Shown here: positions 25,301 through 39,582 of the stretch, piece by piece
Layout: each line of letters opens with the position of its first letter
How positions within the stretch are numbered: position 1 is the first letter of the stretch
Source: Owenia fusiformis
Lineage: Eukaryota
Assembly (NCBI GenBank): GCA_903813345.2
Contig: CAIIXF020000001.1
Span: 39,990,001 to 40,054,000 of the forward strand
DNA length: 64,000 bases
Direction of reading: 5' to 3'
Notes under the pieces: generated by a model
What the model was told of the DNA's origin: nothing
Seen by the model: only the letters and a program-made list of their open reading frames with translations
Databases searched by the model: none
Position numbers and translations under genes: made by a program

Positions 25301-28300
25301 AATTAATGGTGTCTGTACGATTTTCTCGATTAGACAAAAAAAACAAATAGTTTTCATATTTATACTTTGTTAACAGCGTCAAAATTCTCCCCACTAATGA
25401 ATACTATCTCAGTCTTTTCAATGAGCCTAAATTGACAAGCAGAGGACACATATTTTTTGAGATATCACTGTTTTTCGTTTCGAAAAATGATGGTGTCTGA
25501 ACAGCTCTAAAATTCTGTATGATGGTGTCTGTACAGATTTTTTAAATACACAACATGGATAGGAGTCTCCAAGTTTTCATGTGTAATTGTTCGTTTATTA
25601 TAATTATGCTATGCATTCATGTACTCTCATATATTTAAGGATTTGTATAAAAACCTTGTACCTAGTACCCACATATATGGGGCATGATACCTCTTTGAAG
25701 GGTTCAATTTTTGAAATATAAGATCATTCAATCTCTCACTATGCTGAATTGTAAATGTATTAATGCACTTGTAGGCATATGTGTATGTCTTACAGATGTT
25801 TGTTTTGTATGGCCAGAATTGCAAAATTGTTTATCTTTGCTATTTTTCTTTTTAGAAATGAAAAAGAAAAATACTATGAGTACATAAGTACATCTAAGTT
25901 AGCATAAAATAAGATCAGATAATCTTTTAAAGCTTTTAATTAAAAGTTGAACCCTTCAAAAACTGTATCACTGGTATGAGGTACGAGTTATACAAAGCCT
26001 ATATTTAATAAGTTATCATACAGTGCAGAAGCTAGACCCTATTAATGTGCAATAACTTTGCATAGCAATTGACTTTAATCAGGACAATGCCATCCGAAAT
26101 CCTCTATTTTGATTGGTCAGATTTCTACCTACAACCAATGACATCACCAATATTTCATAGTTTCTCTGGCCTCTCAAAAGGTGGCAGGTTTTACTGAATA
26201 AAACCATCCCTGGGCAGTCTAAATTGACCCTATTAATGTGCAATAATTTTGCATACCAATTGACTTTAATCAGGACAATGCCATCACGAAATCCTCTATT
26301 TTGATTGGTCAGATTTCTACCTACAACCAATGACATCACCAATATTTCATAGTTTCTCTGGCCTCTCAAAAGGTGGCAGGCTTTACTGCATAAAACCATC
26401 CCTGGGCAGTCTAAATTGATTGATGGAACTCCTTTTATTTTGTTTTATTCAAGTACATCAAGTAATCTTTAATTTGTAATATGGAATAAATAACGTTTGA
26501 TCAAATAACTCAATTGTCCAGTTTCTGGTGACAGTACACAATGTATCCAAATTCCTCTGATGGATGATTGTCCCACACATGATTTGCAAATCGTTCACTG
26601 TTGGTAATTCAACCAATGTATTGCAGTGATAACAGGCAAACATCACGATTCTAGGCTGATTTTGGTTTAATCCAAAATTAAACAATAGCATTTGGAATAA
26701 AAACTTAGCATGCCCCTCTCTTTGAGTTTGGAAACCAGAGTTTCTAAATTACTATGTTCAAGTTCTACAACATACAGTAAAGAAGCAGATATATTTAAAT
26801 AACACACAAAAACACAAGGACTACTATTGAAGTAGTGTATTTTAAAATCTGTACAGACACCATCATGCAGAATTTTAGATCTGTTCAGACACCATCATTT
26901 TTCGAAATAAAAAACAGTGATATCTCAAAAAAATGCTTCATCTGCTTGTAAACTTAGGTTCATCTTGAAAGACTGAGATAATATGCACAAGTGGGGCGAG
27001 ATTTGAAGCATTTAACAAAGTATAAATATGAAAAATATTCATTTTTCTTGCTTAATCGAGAAAATCTTACACCCTGTTCAGATACCATCAATTGCGAAGG
27101 TCACGTGATGTGGTAATCTTATGAACGTTTATAAAGTTCAATTTTTTATGTTGGCCACAAGTCACCCCTTATTTATTTTACCCCTGCCAGGCCTGTAGCC
27201 AGCTTTTACCAAGGGAATTCACTTTTTAAAGAATTCTATTTGACAACTTTGGCCCAAAATCGCTTGAAAAGTGCTCTGATTGGTGAAAATCTGATGATAG
27301 CAGCAATCATAAGTCATAACTCAAGAATGATATAACATTGATCACCAAAATCACTATTTAAAGATCAATACATGTTGCAAAAATTCAGATGAGCATAAAG
27401 ATTGGAGAGACTTTTTTGAGAATTTATAGATATACCTATAAAGTACCTATTAAGTAAAAGCATTTTATTTCACTTTATTATTATAGGCCAGTATTTAGGA
27501 GCTATAAACCGATGGATGAGCAGTTGAAAGAAAATACACTCCCAACAGCAGATCCAGTTGAAGGTAAATCAAAGATTTTCCGTAATAGTATTAAAGGGGT
27601 TCTTTTTCAATTCACAGGCTCTTGTATAATTTATTGATAATCGACTTCTTGACATTTCTAAAGTTTAATTGTGTATTTTATTAACCTCGAACAAGAACTC
27701 ATTCTAGTAACACGTGGTGTCATTTAAAAGATGAAAAATATATTCTGTAATCTCAAATTGAGCATTATTAAAACTAGCCTTTAAACTAGCCTATATCCAT
27801 GCAGTTAGAACCATGTATTCATTTTAGATTGTTAAGATCAATATCAAAACTGTAAAGGAATAGATACATGTAGTGTGTCTAAGATATTGGGACTCAAAGT
27901 ACATTTTAGTTCATAATTTGCAGTCGTTGGTCAAGTGTCTGAACAGTTAAAAGCTGGAGTTCCTCAGCCAACAGTGGAAGAAGTGGTATGTAATTCTTTG
28001 CTAGTAATACTCATAAGATCAAGATTTTACATGATTTTCACATAATGACCATGTATATAGAAGAGAAGTGCTTTGGATGCTATGCCTTGTGTTATCTTGT
28101 AATCTCACATAGAACTTACCAATGTCAATCGCTACATGATTATTTAAACTCATTTCAAATGAATTAAATCTAAAGTAATTCTCAGATTATTGCAAATGCT
28201 TATTTACACATCAAACCAATATGACATGCCCATATATGGGACAGAATATCTTTTTATAGTTCATGCAGCAATCTGCAGGCTCCTTGCCTATTCAAATTCA

Positions 28301-29523
28301 AGGCATGTGATGCACTATATGCAATCTCTACATGAGAAACGAGTCAAAAGTATTTGCACTCAAAGATCCCCCAGTGCAATTATGAGTTTTTTGAACGTCA
28401 AACATGTACATTAAAACTTTACAGAGTTATTTAACTTTGTGTAGCATGATTTTTAAACATGACTTGGTGGTTATACCAACATGTGTCACTTTATTGGGAG
28501 CATATTATCTCAGGTCCAAAATAATATTTCAATATTTCTTTTTAGGATTTGGCTACTTTAGCGCCAAGAAAACCTGACTGGGATCTGAAGAGAGACATTG
28601 CTAAAAAATTAGAAAAATTGGAGAAGAGAACTCAAAGAGCTATAGCTGAATTGATAAGTTAGTTGAATTTGATATTGTTTTTTTTAAATCTGATGTCAAT
28701 TTGATCAACTCTATTATGTGCACTGGATGCTGCTCTTTCACATTATTCCAAAATTGGCGAAACTCATATTTTCCAACAATGAAAACGTCGAAATGACGTT
28801 ATTACGTTATTGAAATTACAACCGACTAAAAGTTCAAAATAAGCAGTTCAAAAGATTCAAACCAATATCTCGATCATTTCTTGTGAGTTTTGAAATTTTT
28901 CGTGAGGAAATAAGACCAAGATTCATTATTCAAATGTTAAAGTGAACAAAATGGCGGCTGTTTGAATTCAAATTTTGTATCATGACATGCCCATATATGG
29001 GACAGAATATCGATGTTGCACTCTGGGAGCCAATCCTCCTTGAATGTGAATGCAATGCACAAGAACAACATGTATTTTATGTGAAAGTAGAAAGTTTTTT
29101 TATTTCCAATGTGAAATTCTTGAAACACATGAAACTTTTTTTTATAATAGTGTCACCATATAATAGATGCTGTACAATCTAGAAATGTTTTATTTAAAAT
29201 TAGAAATGAAATCATTTCTTGTAAAGGTATGATTTTGGGGCTAATTTTAAGTGAAACTGATGAAGCCATTTAATAATATAGACGAGGTTGATTATTTAAA
29301 TATTCCTTGGGGAATTCAGTGAATATTTAGCAATTCAAGTTATGGAGAGAGTTTGTCCAAAAATTTTAATTCTTTCAAGCAGAAAACTGGGAGATTCTCC
29401 CTTTCAACTAAAATGCTGTACTTTTTTCCAGGGGAAAGGTTGCAGACTGGGGAGAGTGACCTAGCAACAGCTGTAAATGCCAATGCAGATGCTGGACCAC
29501 AGGATGACGAGGATGATGATTGA
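22370..29523 (+). CDS. CCDC12: Coiled-coil domain-containing protein 12 (Cwf18 spliceosome-associated factor), 164 aa
   Basis: Exons 22370-22521, 27487-27563, 27924-27985, 28546-28657, 29432-29523 (495 nt, phases consistent). MAEVGSMQDEARKRKERLLSMK...PVFRSYKPMDE...EEVDLATLAPRKPDWDLKRDIAKKLEKLEKRTQRAIAELIRERL, the diagnostic Cwf18/CCDC12 motif. Candidate polyA signal ATTAAA at ~29991. Confidence 0.96.
23097..23632. mobile_element. P-element-like MITE
   Basis: TIR catgggctttcaactagaagggta / tacccttctagttgaaagcccatg; 7-bp TSD CTGCTTC (23090-23096, 23633-23639); CATG termini. Related termini (ttgaaagcccatg) occur at ~38449 and ~38540. Confidence 0.75.
24754..24948 (+). pseudogene. Truncated RecQ-like helicase N-terminus inside a repeat-rich intron, probably transposon cargo
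   Basis: FGFDLKPEQLQDVITNILNQESTISVLPTGYWKTL resembles the RecQ Q-motif plus Walker A (LPTG.GKSL) with a G->W change; the ORF stops shortly after. Confidence 0.6.
25287..27107. mobile_element. Non-autonomous DNA transposon with ~270-bp imperfect TIRs and an internal 191-bp tandem duplication
   Basis: 25287-25550 is the reverse complement of ~26836-27107 (repeated gatggtgtctg(t/a)acag subterminal motifs); 26035-26225 repeats at 26226-26418. Confidence 0.75.
28767..29042. mobile_element. 5'-truncated copy of the MITE family at 45110-45413
   Basis: atattttccaacaatgaaaacg...gcactctgggagccaatcctccttg is closely similar to 45142-45413. Confidence 0.8.
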
Positions 29524-31081
29524 TGTGTCCACCGCATAGAGATGTTCAGTAAACCTTTAGCTCACACGGAATGCTAAAGGCAAGACACAAGCATGTTTGC
29601 TCAAGACTCATTGAAGTTGAATTATTCATTTATTGATACAAGTAAAGAGTGAACGGAATGGTACATTCATGGTTCCCTGAGGGAAACCCAGAATCATTTT
29701 CCCTGACCTTAAAAAGTCTAGGAATTTCAAAATTCCTCACAAAATGCCTTAAATCTCTGGAAATATTTGAATGCAAGAAATCCAGGGAAATGTCATTGAA
29801 TATAGAGCTAGAATACATGTATATCATGTAAAATTGCCATAACACATGTACATGGTTACATGCATTATAGGAAGCTTAGGTTGAAACTCGGAGGATTTCA
29901 TCGTGAAACATTTGTATAAACTGATATTTCATTTCCTTATTTAAAGTTCGAAGGTAATGACACAGAACTTTAATTTCCATTTATTCCTTTATTAAACACT
30001 TATCATTACATACATAGTGCTATGTAATATAAATTGTATGTCTATTTTTACATTGTAAATATTGTTAATATATTTATACATATCTGTCAAAAACGTAACA
30101 CCTTTTGTTGTTCATTTAAACATATTGATATCCTAATGAAACAATTTAACTTCTTACTTGAAGTGGAGTGTGATAAACTCTTAGAATGTCCCAGGTTGGC
30201 AGCATGCATAACTATTTCTACCCAAATACAATCACATGTACATGATGTATGTATATTTTAGACTGTTGTAGCATTGTAATGCTAAGTTTCTAATGCTTGA
30301 GCAATGCTCTTTATACAGCTGTTTAATACAGATTCAGAAAGTTTCTTTTTATGATCATCTAGATGTACGTGATAACCGAAGGTGTGAACTTGTTTGTATA
30401 TAGCATAAATCCTCATTCATTTTACTAATAGAAACACCAAAGTCACTCTCCCTGCCAGCGAATTTAGTATGAGGCACTTGATAGGATCACATCGCTGGTA
30501 TTATCGATTGAGGAAGAATCAAGATAATTGAATCACATACATTGAGAAATGGATGGATCTGCCCCCCCCCACCTAACCGTTGGTGTTATTCTTTATAGCC
30601 TACTACCGTTTAAGGGTTAAATCTCAATTATTCAAATATTGTATTGTCTTTATGATCTATGCCTTTGAAGCTCCTATATGGTAAAAAATGATAAAATTGG
30701 TGAACATTTTGATAAAGCTCCAATATCTGTCTTATATAAATTTCAAATCAAGGGCACAGTAGAGTAAATATTACACTGTGACATATTTTACAGATGTGAC
30801 ATAGTTTACAGATTCGTGAATATTTTGTTCCTTGGGATTTGATATTCTATGGACTCGCTGATTTATTAGTTTATCCTGAGTTGATTGAGCTATTTGAATG
30901 AAGAATTTTCATTCAAAATAAGCTACATTTTCTTGAGATGCTTATAATCTGTACCATCAGAAATTATCAGTGCATAGTTATCCTGAATGATAAAAAAGAT
31001 GTCATAGAAAATCATTTTAAGAATGATTTTCCTAATTTCAACACACTTCACAACAATGCACATTAAAGTTGAAGTGACATT

Positions 31082-34000
31082 TTATTGCAATACCAGTCGT
31101 TTCATTTTCTCTTGGTAGGATGGTGTTTGTATCATTTTCACCAACTGTACAGTACATTTACTCGTTCTTGCAAACAAGTTTGACCTTTCCACTTTATAGT
31201 CCACATTATTCCTTGAAACTGGCATTGGCCTTTCTTTACGATTTTTCGATCTTGCGGCAGTTTGTGTGTTTGGGCCTGATCCAGGTTTGGTCACCTGACC
31301 TTGATTCCCTTTGGGAGATGGCGTGATTGATCTTGAAGCTGACTCTGACATACGGCCTATTGAAACTCTTTCTGCAGTTGAAGACACTGGTCTTTGTATA
31401 CGATCATGCTGTTGAGATCTTAACGATCCTTCAGTATTTGAAGTACCTGTTCTAAAATTTTGTTTTGCCATTTGAATGTTGACCTGTCCTGATCTTTGAA
31501 CATTTGAAGTTCCTGTCCTTGACCCTGGTCTCGATAAGCAACTTTTGACCTTCTCTGGTCTTTCAATGTTTGCAACTGTTGTTCCTTCAACGGGCGTTGG
31601 CTTCTCATGAACATTGCGTTTAGTCTTCTTAATAATGGAGATTTGTGGGGGATTAGTATTGCCCATGTTTTCTTTAGAAGAAGTTATATGCACTCTTGGT
31701 TTTGATTTCACTTGACTAGATACTTGTGTGAGAGATTCTGCTGAGTCTTTCCTCAATTGCAGTGGCTCGGAGCTTTCAATTACTTCATGTTCGTCATCAT
31801 ATTCTGTCTCTATTGCCTGCAATTGTTTGTTTGAACGGGTGCTTGGTTTTGCTGATTTGATCAATCTTGGTTTTCCTAAAAGTATACAGTTGGACAGCAT
31901 ATGAGTGGTAATTCACAAATTCATTCGGATAATTACTAGAATGACGAAAATGTAATTTTAATCAATTAATGAGTACCATGTAAATTAAACTTGTACTGAA
32001 CATGATTATTCACCTGAACGCATATGCATCGTATCAGAAGCTCCTTTTGCCATCATTCTGGGCATACACGACTGGGGCCTTAGTATTGCTTTACGTCTAT
32101 CAAATACTCTTGTAGGGGTAAATTCGATCCTTTTGTGACGACGGAGAGAATCCTCGAAAGGTCTGTTTGCCATCTTTTGATCTGCTATCGTCTCTTCCAA
32201 GACGATATTCTTAAAGCCAGCCCATTGGTTCTGTTTGAGGTACATCTGGCAAAGCTCATTATCATTTTGGTATTCTTTCTCGAGAAGTAAAGTTTTTATA
32301 ATCTTCTCATTAGCAAACTGGATGAAAAGAGACTTTGGAATTTGGATGACTTTGCAGCCTCCGCTTACGAGGGCGTACTTTGGATTGGGTCCCCTAACAT
32401 AAAGGTTTTCCAGTCCCTAAAAGGAAACAGAATCAATTTATTTTATGTGCCATTTCACGGTCAGTTTTTGTATGGACAACCTTTACTATCAAATACATGA
32501 TTATCCCATGAACGAAGACATCGGGGCACCGTCCGTCCGAGAAAATGAAATGACAATGTTAATCGGAATGATCGTTTTCCAATTATAACTTTATTTAACG
32601 TATTTTGACGAAGGATTCTGACTAATATCTAAATCTAAATGCATATTAGAATATTTTTATGACCTGTTAGGTACTTCTGTTAATGTTCTCATAGGCTACT
32701 TACAAATACATCACCTGGCCTGATAGCATCTATTCTCATGAAGATTCCCACAGGGACTTCATCGTCTGTCAACATTTCTGATTCGGAAATCCTGAAATGA
32801 CCATGCATTAACATACATTTTCACCACAACAGTATGAATATATCTAGGAATCTTGCATAACTGACAATTAGTTTTGAAATCAATATTCTATTAGAAATGG
32901 TCGGTAAAGTACCTTTGCCATCCTTGCTGCAAGGGTATTTTACAAGTATATATATTTAGGCATAAATGAAGTCCTTTGAAGAAGGATGTACCTTTGCTTG
33001 GTTAAATATGTGAACGTCATATGTCACTAGCACTTCCCGTCGGTGCCCCACAGTTTGAAAATAACGATTATAGCAAATAATATGTAAAAATCAAGCTTGA
33101 TTATTTGGATAAGAAATAAATAACAGCCCCGCTTTGATTAAATCATACCATTTTGTATCTAGTGATGACTTTCTTTGAAAATCAGCTCTTCCAGAAGACG
33201 TCTTTGCTATTTGGCGTTTCATCATGGACTCCTCCAACGCCAGTGATGTTACAACCTCTCCTGACAGTTGTCTCTTCAATCGATCTATCTCTGTCTTGGA
33301 GAGTTTTTTTGTCAGCAGAGGATCTCCAGTTTGACTGAAATGATATAAAAAAATCCTAATATTGGCATCCCCTAAACATGGCCAATGACATTTTAAGCTA
33401 ATGTTTAAGTCCAATGTCATCTGCTCGAAGAACATTTTATGAACACCAGACTTGAGATCGTTCATCCAGATTGAGGATAAATCACAATCAATACCTGAAT
33501 AAGATGTCCTGAGCATTATCCTTGGCGAGGAACAACTGCTGGTATTTGGTGCAGTTTGACAAGTTCACCACTCTCAATACATTGCATACTCCCTGTAAAT
33601 TAAAATATCACATTCATCGTGTATATTACTATATTGCACCCAACATTGACATTGTACAACTCATTTATCCTTTTGCATCTGTTAATGTTTACTGGATAGT
33701 TGAGACCCGTGATACTTAAATTGATTAAATAAAATTATCGTATTGACCTACTTTCAATTCAAAATGGCCGTTCAAACTGCTTACTTTGCCAGCATTTTGC
33801 GATAGAATATTGATGAAACTTAACGATCTATCGTTATTTTTGAACAGATTCAAGTAGGGTTGAATCAGTTATACAGAAATAATGGCATATTTTTGTCTTT
33901 AGAGGGGATTGATATTTGGTAAACTAGAATGTGAAACGTGCATAGTAAGCATGTGATCTGAGACGGAATTGAGTTATTACAAGCGAGTCATAGGCTAGTT

Positions 34001-37000
34001 ACCTGAGTAACCATCCACAAGAATGCATTCTTCCTGGAGTCTTCTACCACCACCCGGCCATGTACAAACTCCTCGTTTCGACTGACTCGACTCAATTTGT
34101 ACAAGTTCTCTTCTGACCACTTTTTGAGAAGTGCATGTTCTCTGAAGAGTATAATTCAAAGCATGTGTATCTTGTCTTGCATCGGTAACTGTGTATTTGG
34201 GAATGGAGAATGGATTGCAGGGAGCAGAGGTGATTTTAAAACATTGCAGTTGTTTATTTGTATGTAGCTTGAGCCTCAATTTCTTATTTTTACCATGTCA
34301 AAGTGGAGAAAGAAGAGTCTGCAGGGTGGCAGACCGTTGTAAGTTACTTCAGTGAATGAAAAACCAATGTTGACGACTGATTACCTGAAAACATCAAGGC
34401 GGAAATTTTGCTCACTAACGCTATGCTCTTTCAGTCCATTAGTATCGAAGTCATATTTGTCGACAACGAGGAACTCCGCTTCACTGGAACACACTACTGT
34501 GGCTTGTCTCGTGGCGTTGCGGCCCTCAATCAAGGCGATTTCCTAAAAACATAAATTATACAAATCTGTGGAAACGAAAATGGGTCGTGTTAAGAATTTT
34601 TGACATGCATTTTTGAATTAGTCAATTCTCACATAATATGTAATCAATCTTTTTTATATTTTTACAACTGATTATTATTGATATCATTAGGCTACTTTAT
34701 GGAAATTTTCAATAAGCTTTAGTCATAAATTGCTGAGAAAATACTCGATACGAAAAAGTGTGACGTTTTTTGGGACACTCTGAAGGAAAAAGCTATGACG
34801 TTTTTATCATAGGGGATCTGTGATTTCACGGTCTATGCACAAAACTAAATACAGCCTTTGGATAACCACGTTTTTAATTTACATTAATCAGTTAGTGTAT
34901 AATGCAGTCATTAGGACAACACTAATGACTTTTGGTGATTATTTGCATCTGTTGTCATGATACAATTCCATTAATGTTCATAAAATGTAATCAAAGAACA
35001 ATATTGCCAGATCATAATTTTGATTGTCATTCTACTCATCACATTCACACCTAGTCTTATCATATATCGCAAGCATACTAGTATTCAATGATAATGCCAT
35101 TGATCAGGAACGAACGTACCCCAAAACACGATCCTTTTGTAAGTGTTATAACTTCTTGTTTGACAAAGACACTCTCCTCGTCCTTGTCGAGAACTACAGA
35201 GACGCTGCCTGAGAATATGAAGTAAAGACTCTCTCCTCTATGACCCTTCCGAACAACAACCCTTCGTCTGCCAAATCTAAATCATAAAAATGGATAATTA
35301 CCAACTGCAATCTGCACGTGAGCTAGCAAGAGCAAGCGTCCTTGGCAGAGCGATCATCGTCACATATTACCAGTGGGTTGGGTTATTATTACGATAAAGT
35401 CATGAACGATGAAGTGTCATATTCCTCATGTTCTTGTTGTAATGATCGTAACTTTACTACAATGAGTTATTTTATGACCTAAGCACGGCAGAACACAGCG
35501 TAGACGACAGGCATCTTAATGCAACACAAAAGGCCATGGCTAATAATGTTATGTTTATTGATCAAGGTGATGGTATCACTACTGTTAACTTACTTGGTAT
35601 ATCTGATAATCTTACTGAGCAGCTTTTGCATCGGCGGTGTGTACTTCCTAAAGCTGACCAACCCACGCATCAGTCTACAAATTACCTCAATGTCTTTCTC
35701 AGTCCTATCACAAGGTTTTTTCTCTATTGCACGCTTGGCGAATCTTGGCCAAGTAAACTAAAAATAGGTTTCTAATATCAGATGCTGTAGAAATTATAAT
35801 CGTTACGGGCAAACGAGGAAAATTGAGAATGTATCGAAAGCAAAATGCTTCGGGTCTTGGATATTCACAAATTATATTTTACTTATGATGTGACTAATCC
35901 AATCTATTGAGCATTGCTTGACAAATTACGCGAGAGACAATTTCTTGTGACGGTGATCAGATTTGATTAGCTCCATTGTCTATGTACTTCTTATTGCCTA
36001 TAGAGATGGAATGCAGTCTTAGAATAATACACACCTCATAATTCGTCTTAAAATCCAATGTATTGAATGATATTTCACTGAATGCGTTTCCATCTGCTTC
36101 GCCCCTTTGAATGGCCAAACGCTCTCCCACCCTTATGGATTCTATGTCAAATCCCTCCATGGTGTATCGTCGAAGCGCCAAACACACAGATGCAAACATA
36201 CGTACGATGCTCGCAGCCCTCCTGAACTTTTCCAAAGGCTGAAGACAAAATGCGTCGATCAAATTCAGTTTTAAAAGAGATACTTTAATACACAAAATTC
36301 ATTCAAAAACAGGGTGGTCAAAATGTACATATTTCTGTCAACCAATCACTTTTTCATATTTATTTTATTTGTAACAAATGCTATATAACGAATGCGAATG
36401 ATATACAAGTAGTCAAGCAGAAAATTGGAAGCTAATAGTTTCCTTCGGATTTTTTTATCAGGGGGCTATGAAAAACGCTCTGTAGAGAGTTCCCCAAGGG
36501 TGACGCTCCAGGTGGTTTTGAGGTCTCAAGTCATGCTGAAAAGTTAAAAAGATTGTAATCCGAAGGAAACGATTAATTCTCAAAATACCCCATATTTCTG
36601 CCCGACAAATATTTAATTTATGGCATTTTGAGCTGAACAGAATTAAAGAAGATTTTTCAGCAAATTGATAAAACAATGTTACCACATAAAGCTGCAACCT
36701 TTCATATGTAACCCCCCTATCACACCAAAATAGTTATTACCCGTTCTTGCCAGTCCTACGAAAACGTCGTAAAACGGGCTCAATCTGGCTGTGGTCGGGA
36801 AATATGTCTAAAATAATTAGCTACTTCGTTCATAAACAGTCTTCAATACGTCCATCTCATTTGCAGTTCGTTCAGATCGCACCACGTCGGTGTGCAACGT
36901 CGTGTAACGCCCCTTAGTCTAGAAGGTCATCATGACCTGATTACAGAACGGTATGGTCGCCATCGAATTTCGAATCGATTAAGAATTCTAAAATCACCTT

Positions 37001-38772
37001 CCCGTCTGAGAACGTTCATGAAGTTCGTAAATATACCTTAGAAAGTTGCAGCTACGTTCATTCCGTTCGCACACAGTTTAAAACCAGTTTTGAAGAACGC
37101 AGTGATAACTTGTTTGATGTGATAGCTATGTTTTTACTAACTCGTTCATAAGCAGTCTTTAATATACGTTCTTAGTCAGTTTAAACCCGTTTGCAATTAG
37201 TTCTACCTCGTTCTCAATACGTCCTCAGACAGTTCAACTCGTTGTAAAAACGTCTCTACTAGGATTGAAGTACGACGGTTCCGTTCGTAGTACGTCCAGC
37301 TCGTCGTTAGCACGTTGCCACTCGTTCTTAATAGACAGCTTAAGCAAGACGATTTTTTATGACGTGAACTGCAAACGTAAACCTTTACGTTCCCGTTTAC
37401 GTACTATGAACAAAAGTGCTTTAAGCTGAGCACTTAAGACGTAACGTAAACGCAAACCTCAAAAGTTTTTTTTCTTTTTCTTAGCGGCCTTTCGTTTTAT
37501 TTTCTACTTTAAAAGTATAAAATATTATTTTATTGACAAATTGATGAAAGGGTTAACCAAAGGAGATGTTTCATAGCCTGGCAGTGTTCTATGACATCTT
37601 GAATCTTACAAAATACAACAGGACGCAAAAATATCTTTAATGTCTTTAAAGCATTCATAATTTTATTACTATGGTGTCACAATAATATGTATAGTAGCAT
37701 TAAGATGAGTCGACTTGTGAGAAATTGCCATGCATGTTAAATTTCATCAGATTTTACATTTGAAATGTGTAACTCAATATTCAAGTTATACTTGATTGGA
37801 TTGGACACAAATGATCTCGATATATACACAGATTTGTGTCAAACATATTCATGCATTCGACCAATATCATATTTATCTCGATCGAACTTGATAAAGTACT
37901 AAAAATCCTTTACGGAACGACATACCTAGACTTTAATTGTTCACGTTTGGATGTACGTAAACCGGGAAATAAGTAGAACAATATGACGTGACATCCTGAG
38001 AAAAACCCGCGTGCGCATTCCCGTTCGCGGTTTACGTTGTAAAAAATAGTGTTGCTTAACCTCTCTATTGTAGAACGTGACGACCACGAGAACATTTTGA
38101 GCACGTTCTAAGTTCTAGAGGACCAACCCGTTCGAGTACGTTCGATGAAGTTTGTAAATAGACCCCAAACGGTTCTAAGTACGTCCAGTCCGTTCGTACA
38201 CAGTTGAAGCCCGTTTTCGAGAACGTAGTGAGAACTAGTTTGGTGTGATAGTAGGGTTAGCTAGAATTAAACCTACGATGCCTATCTTTAAAAGGAATTA
38301 GTTGACAAAGATGTGAACTTTTTGGACCTGCATGTACGTTATAAGTAATAAAATGTCTTGTAACTGTTTCCATGTTTTTTTCTACTAAATACATATGATA
38401 TTTTGTAAATTTTTTAAAAGCTACGTTTGCATCCCGGGGTTTGTCTCTTGAAAGCCCATGACTGTAATAAAATACTTTAATCATAATTACTAACTTAAAT
38501 AATTTAAATCAGTGCCTAGATATACGTAGCATCACGGACTTGAAAGCCCATGGTTACATAAAATCAAATGATACAATAATTGTTTTTTAATCTTTTTCAA
38601 TTTTTGTCATTATTAAAGCCATATCGATACTATACTTACAGAACGATCATGTTTCTTATAAGTCGTCGGTACATGTATCTACAATCAAAAGATAAATTCA
38701 ATAACCGCCATGCCAGTTGCAACTTACCGACATAAAACCATTGTTTGGAGGATATAGATGAACAGTTGACAT
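31082..38772 (-). CDS. Cyclic nucleotide-binding domain-containing protein (CNBD2-like), ~811 aa, with a low-complexity S/T/R/Q-rich C-terminus
   Basis: Phase-consistent exons 38772-38728, 36238-36035, 35757-35594, 35276-35120, 34542-34385, 34141-34003, 33592-33495, 33334-33149, 32791-32704, 32416-32014, 31875-31082 (2436 nt). cNMP domain: KFGRRRVVVRKGHRGESLYFIFSGSVSV...LTKGSCFGEIALIEGRNATRQATVVC..EFLVVDK; a second split or degenerate cNMP-like repeat (..IRPGDVFGLE..LVSGGCKVIQIPK). The first exon (MSTVHLYPPNNGFMS) is the least certain. Confidence 0.88.
36711..38257. mobile_element. Non-autonomous DNA transposon (PIF/Harbinger-like) with CGTTC-rich subterminal repeats
   Basis: Termini acccccctatcacacc / ggtgtgatagtagggt, flanked by TA on both sides; an internal second copy of the right end lies at ~37000-37125. 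Confidence 0.6.
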
Positions 38773-39249
38773 GGTGAAAATATTCTAAGATTGGTCTTCG
38801 TTTCTTTATTTCCATTTTTTGGCTAAAATATCCATGGATGCAAAGTTCTCTAACTCAAATAGCCTAAGTCAATGTCAGAACTTGCCGAAGTCAACTATTT
38901 TACGTCTCTTTACTAGTTTATCAAACTTTTATGATGTCATTTACGGAGAGACTTTTTCATATTAAACAGTAAAACTGTTAAAGAGAAAAGGCAGTCCAAG
39001 GTAAGGCAAAATAAAGGCAATTGTTATTTAATTGGGTTTGCGATGAAGGGGGTTTTCAGGGGCATAGCTAAAAGGATCAACTTTGTAATCCGTTTTTAAC
39101 GAAAACAAACCATTAATAAGATTATCAGTTGCAATCAAATAACCATTCAGAGCGGTTATATTTTAATCCTTACGAACCAAAGTACTTCATAATGTGACAC
39201 TGTCAATCCTTATTTTCACAATAATAATTATATTTGTAAAATTACAAAA

Positions 39250-39582
39250 TTAAAAAGATCTTTTCATTACATCAATTTTTTCTTCATTGACTTCAGGTTT
39301 AAAACCTTTTTTTCTTCTTATCCAAGAGGAGCGAGCATTTTCACGCAATTCTTTGCATCGTACTTCCAAATGACGAAAGCAAGCTTGTTTTTTGTGGGCA
39401 CGTTTCCATCGAATCTGTCCTCTTCGCAGTTTTTGAACATTTTTGTATGTGAGATTTTCTACTTTTATAGTCTCCCCCGTGTATGTGTAATCTAACTCTT
39501 TTTCAATATTTCGTATACTTGGAATTGGCACTTTTACTCTTTGTGTCATCGCTGCAATTCTGTTATTTTCATGAACGGCCAT
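39250..39582 (-). CDS. Possible small basic protein or terminal exon, unknown function (110 aa from ATG 39582)
   Basis: Stop-free 330-nt frame in very AT-rich DNA with protein-like composition (MAVHENNRIAAMTQRVKVPIPSIRNIEKELDY...); not in an obvious repeat; no recognised domain. Confidence 0.4.
   Translation of the reverse strand: MAVHENNRIAAMTQRVKVPIPSIRNIEKELDYTYTGETIKVENLTYKNVQKLRRGQIRWKRAHKKQACFRHLEVRCKELRENARSSWIRRKKGFKPEVNEEKIDVMKRSF

Noticed and set aside
26079..26399. 106-aa ORF with an internal repeat
   Set aside because: Produced by the 191-bp tandem duplication inside a non-autonomous transposon.
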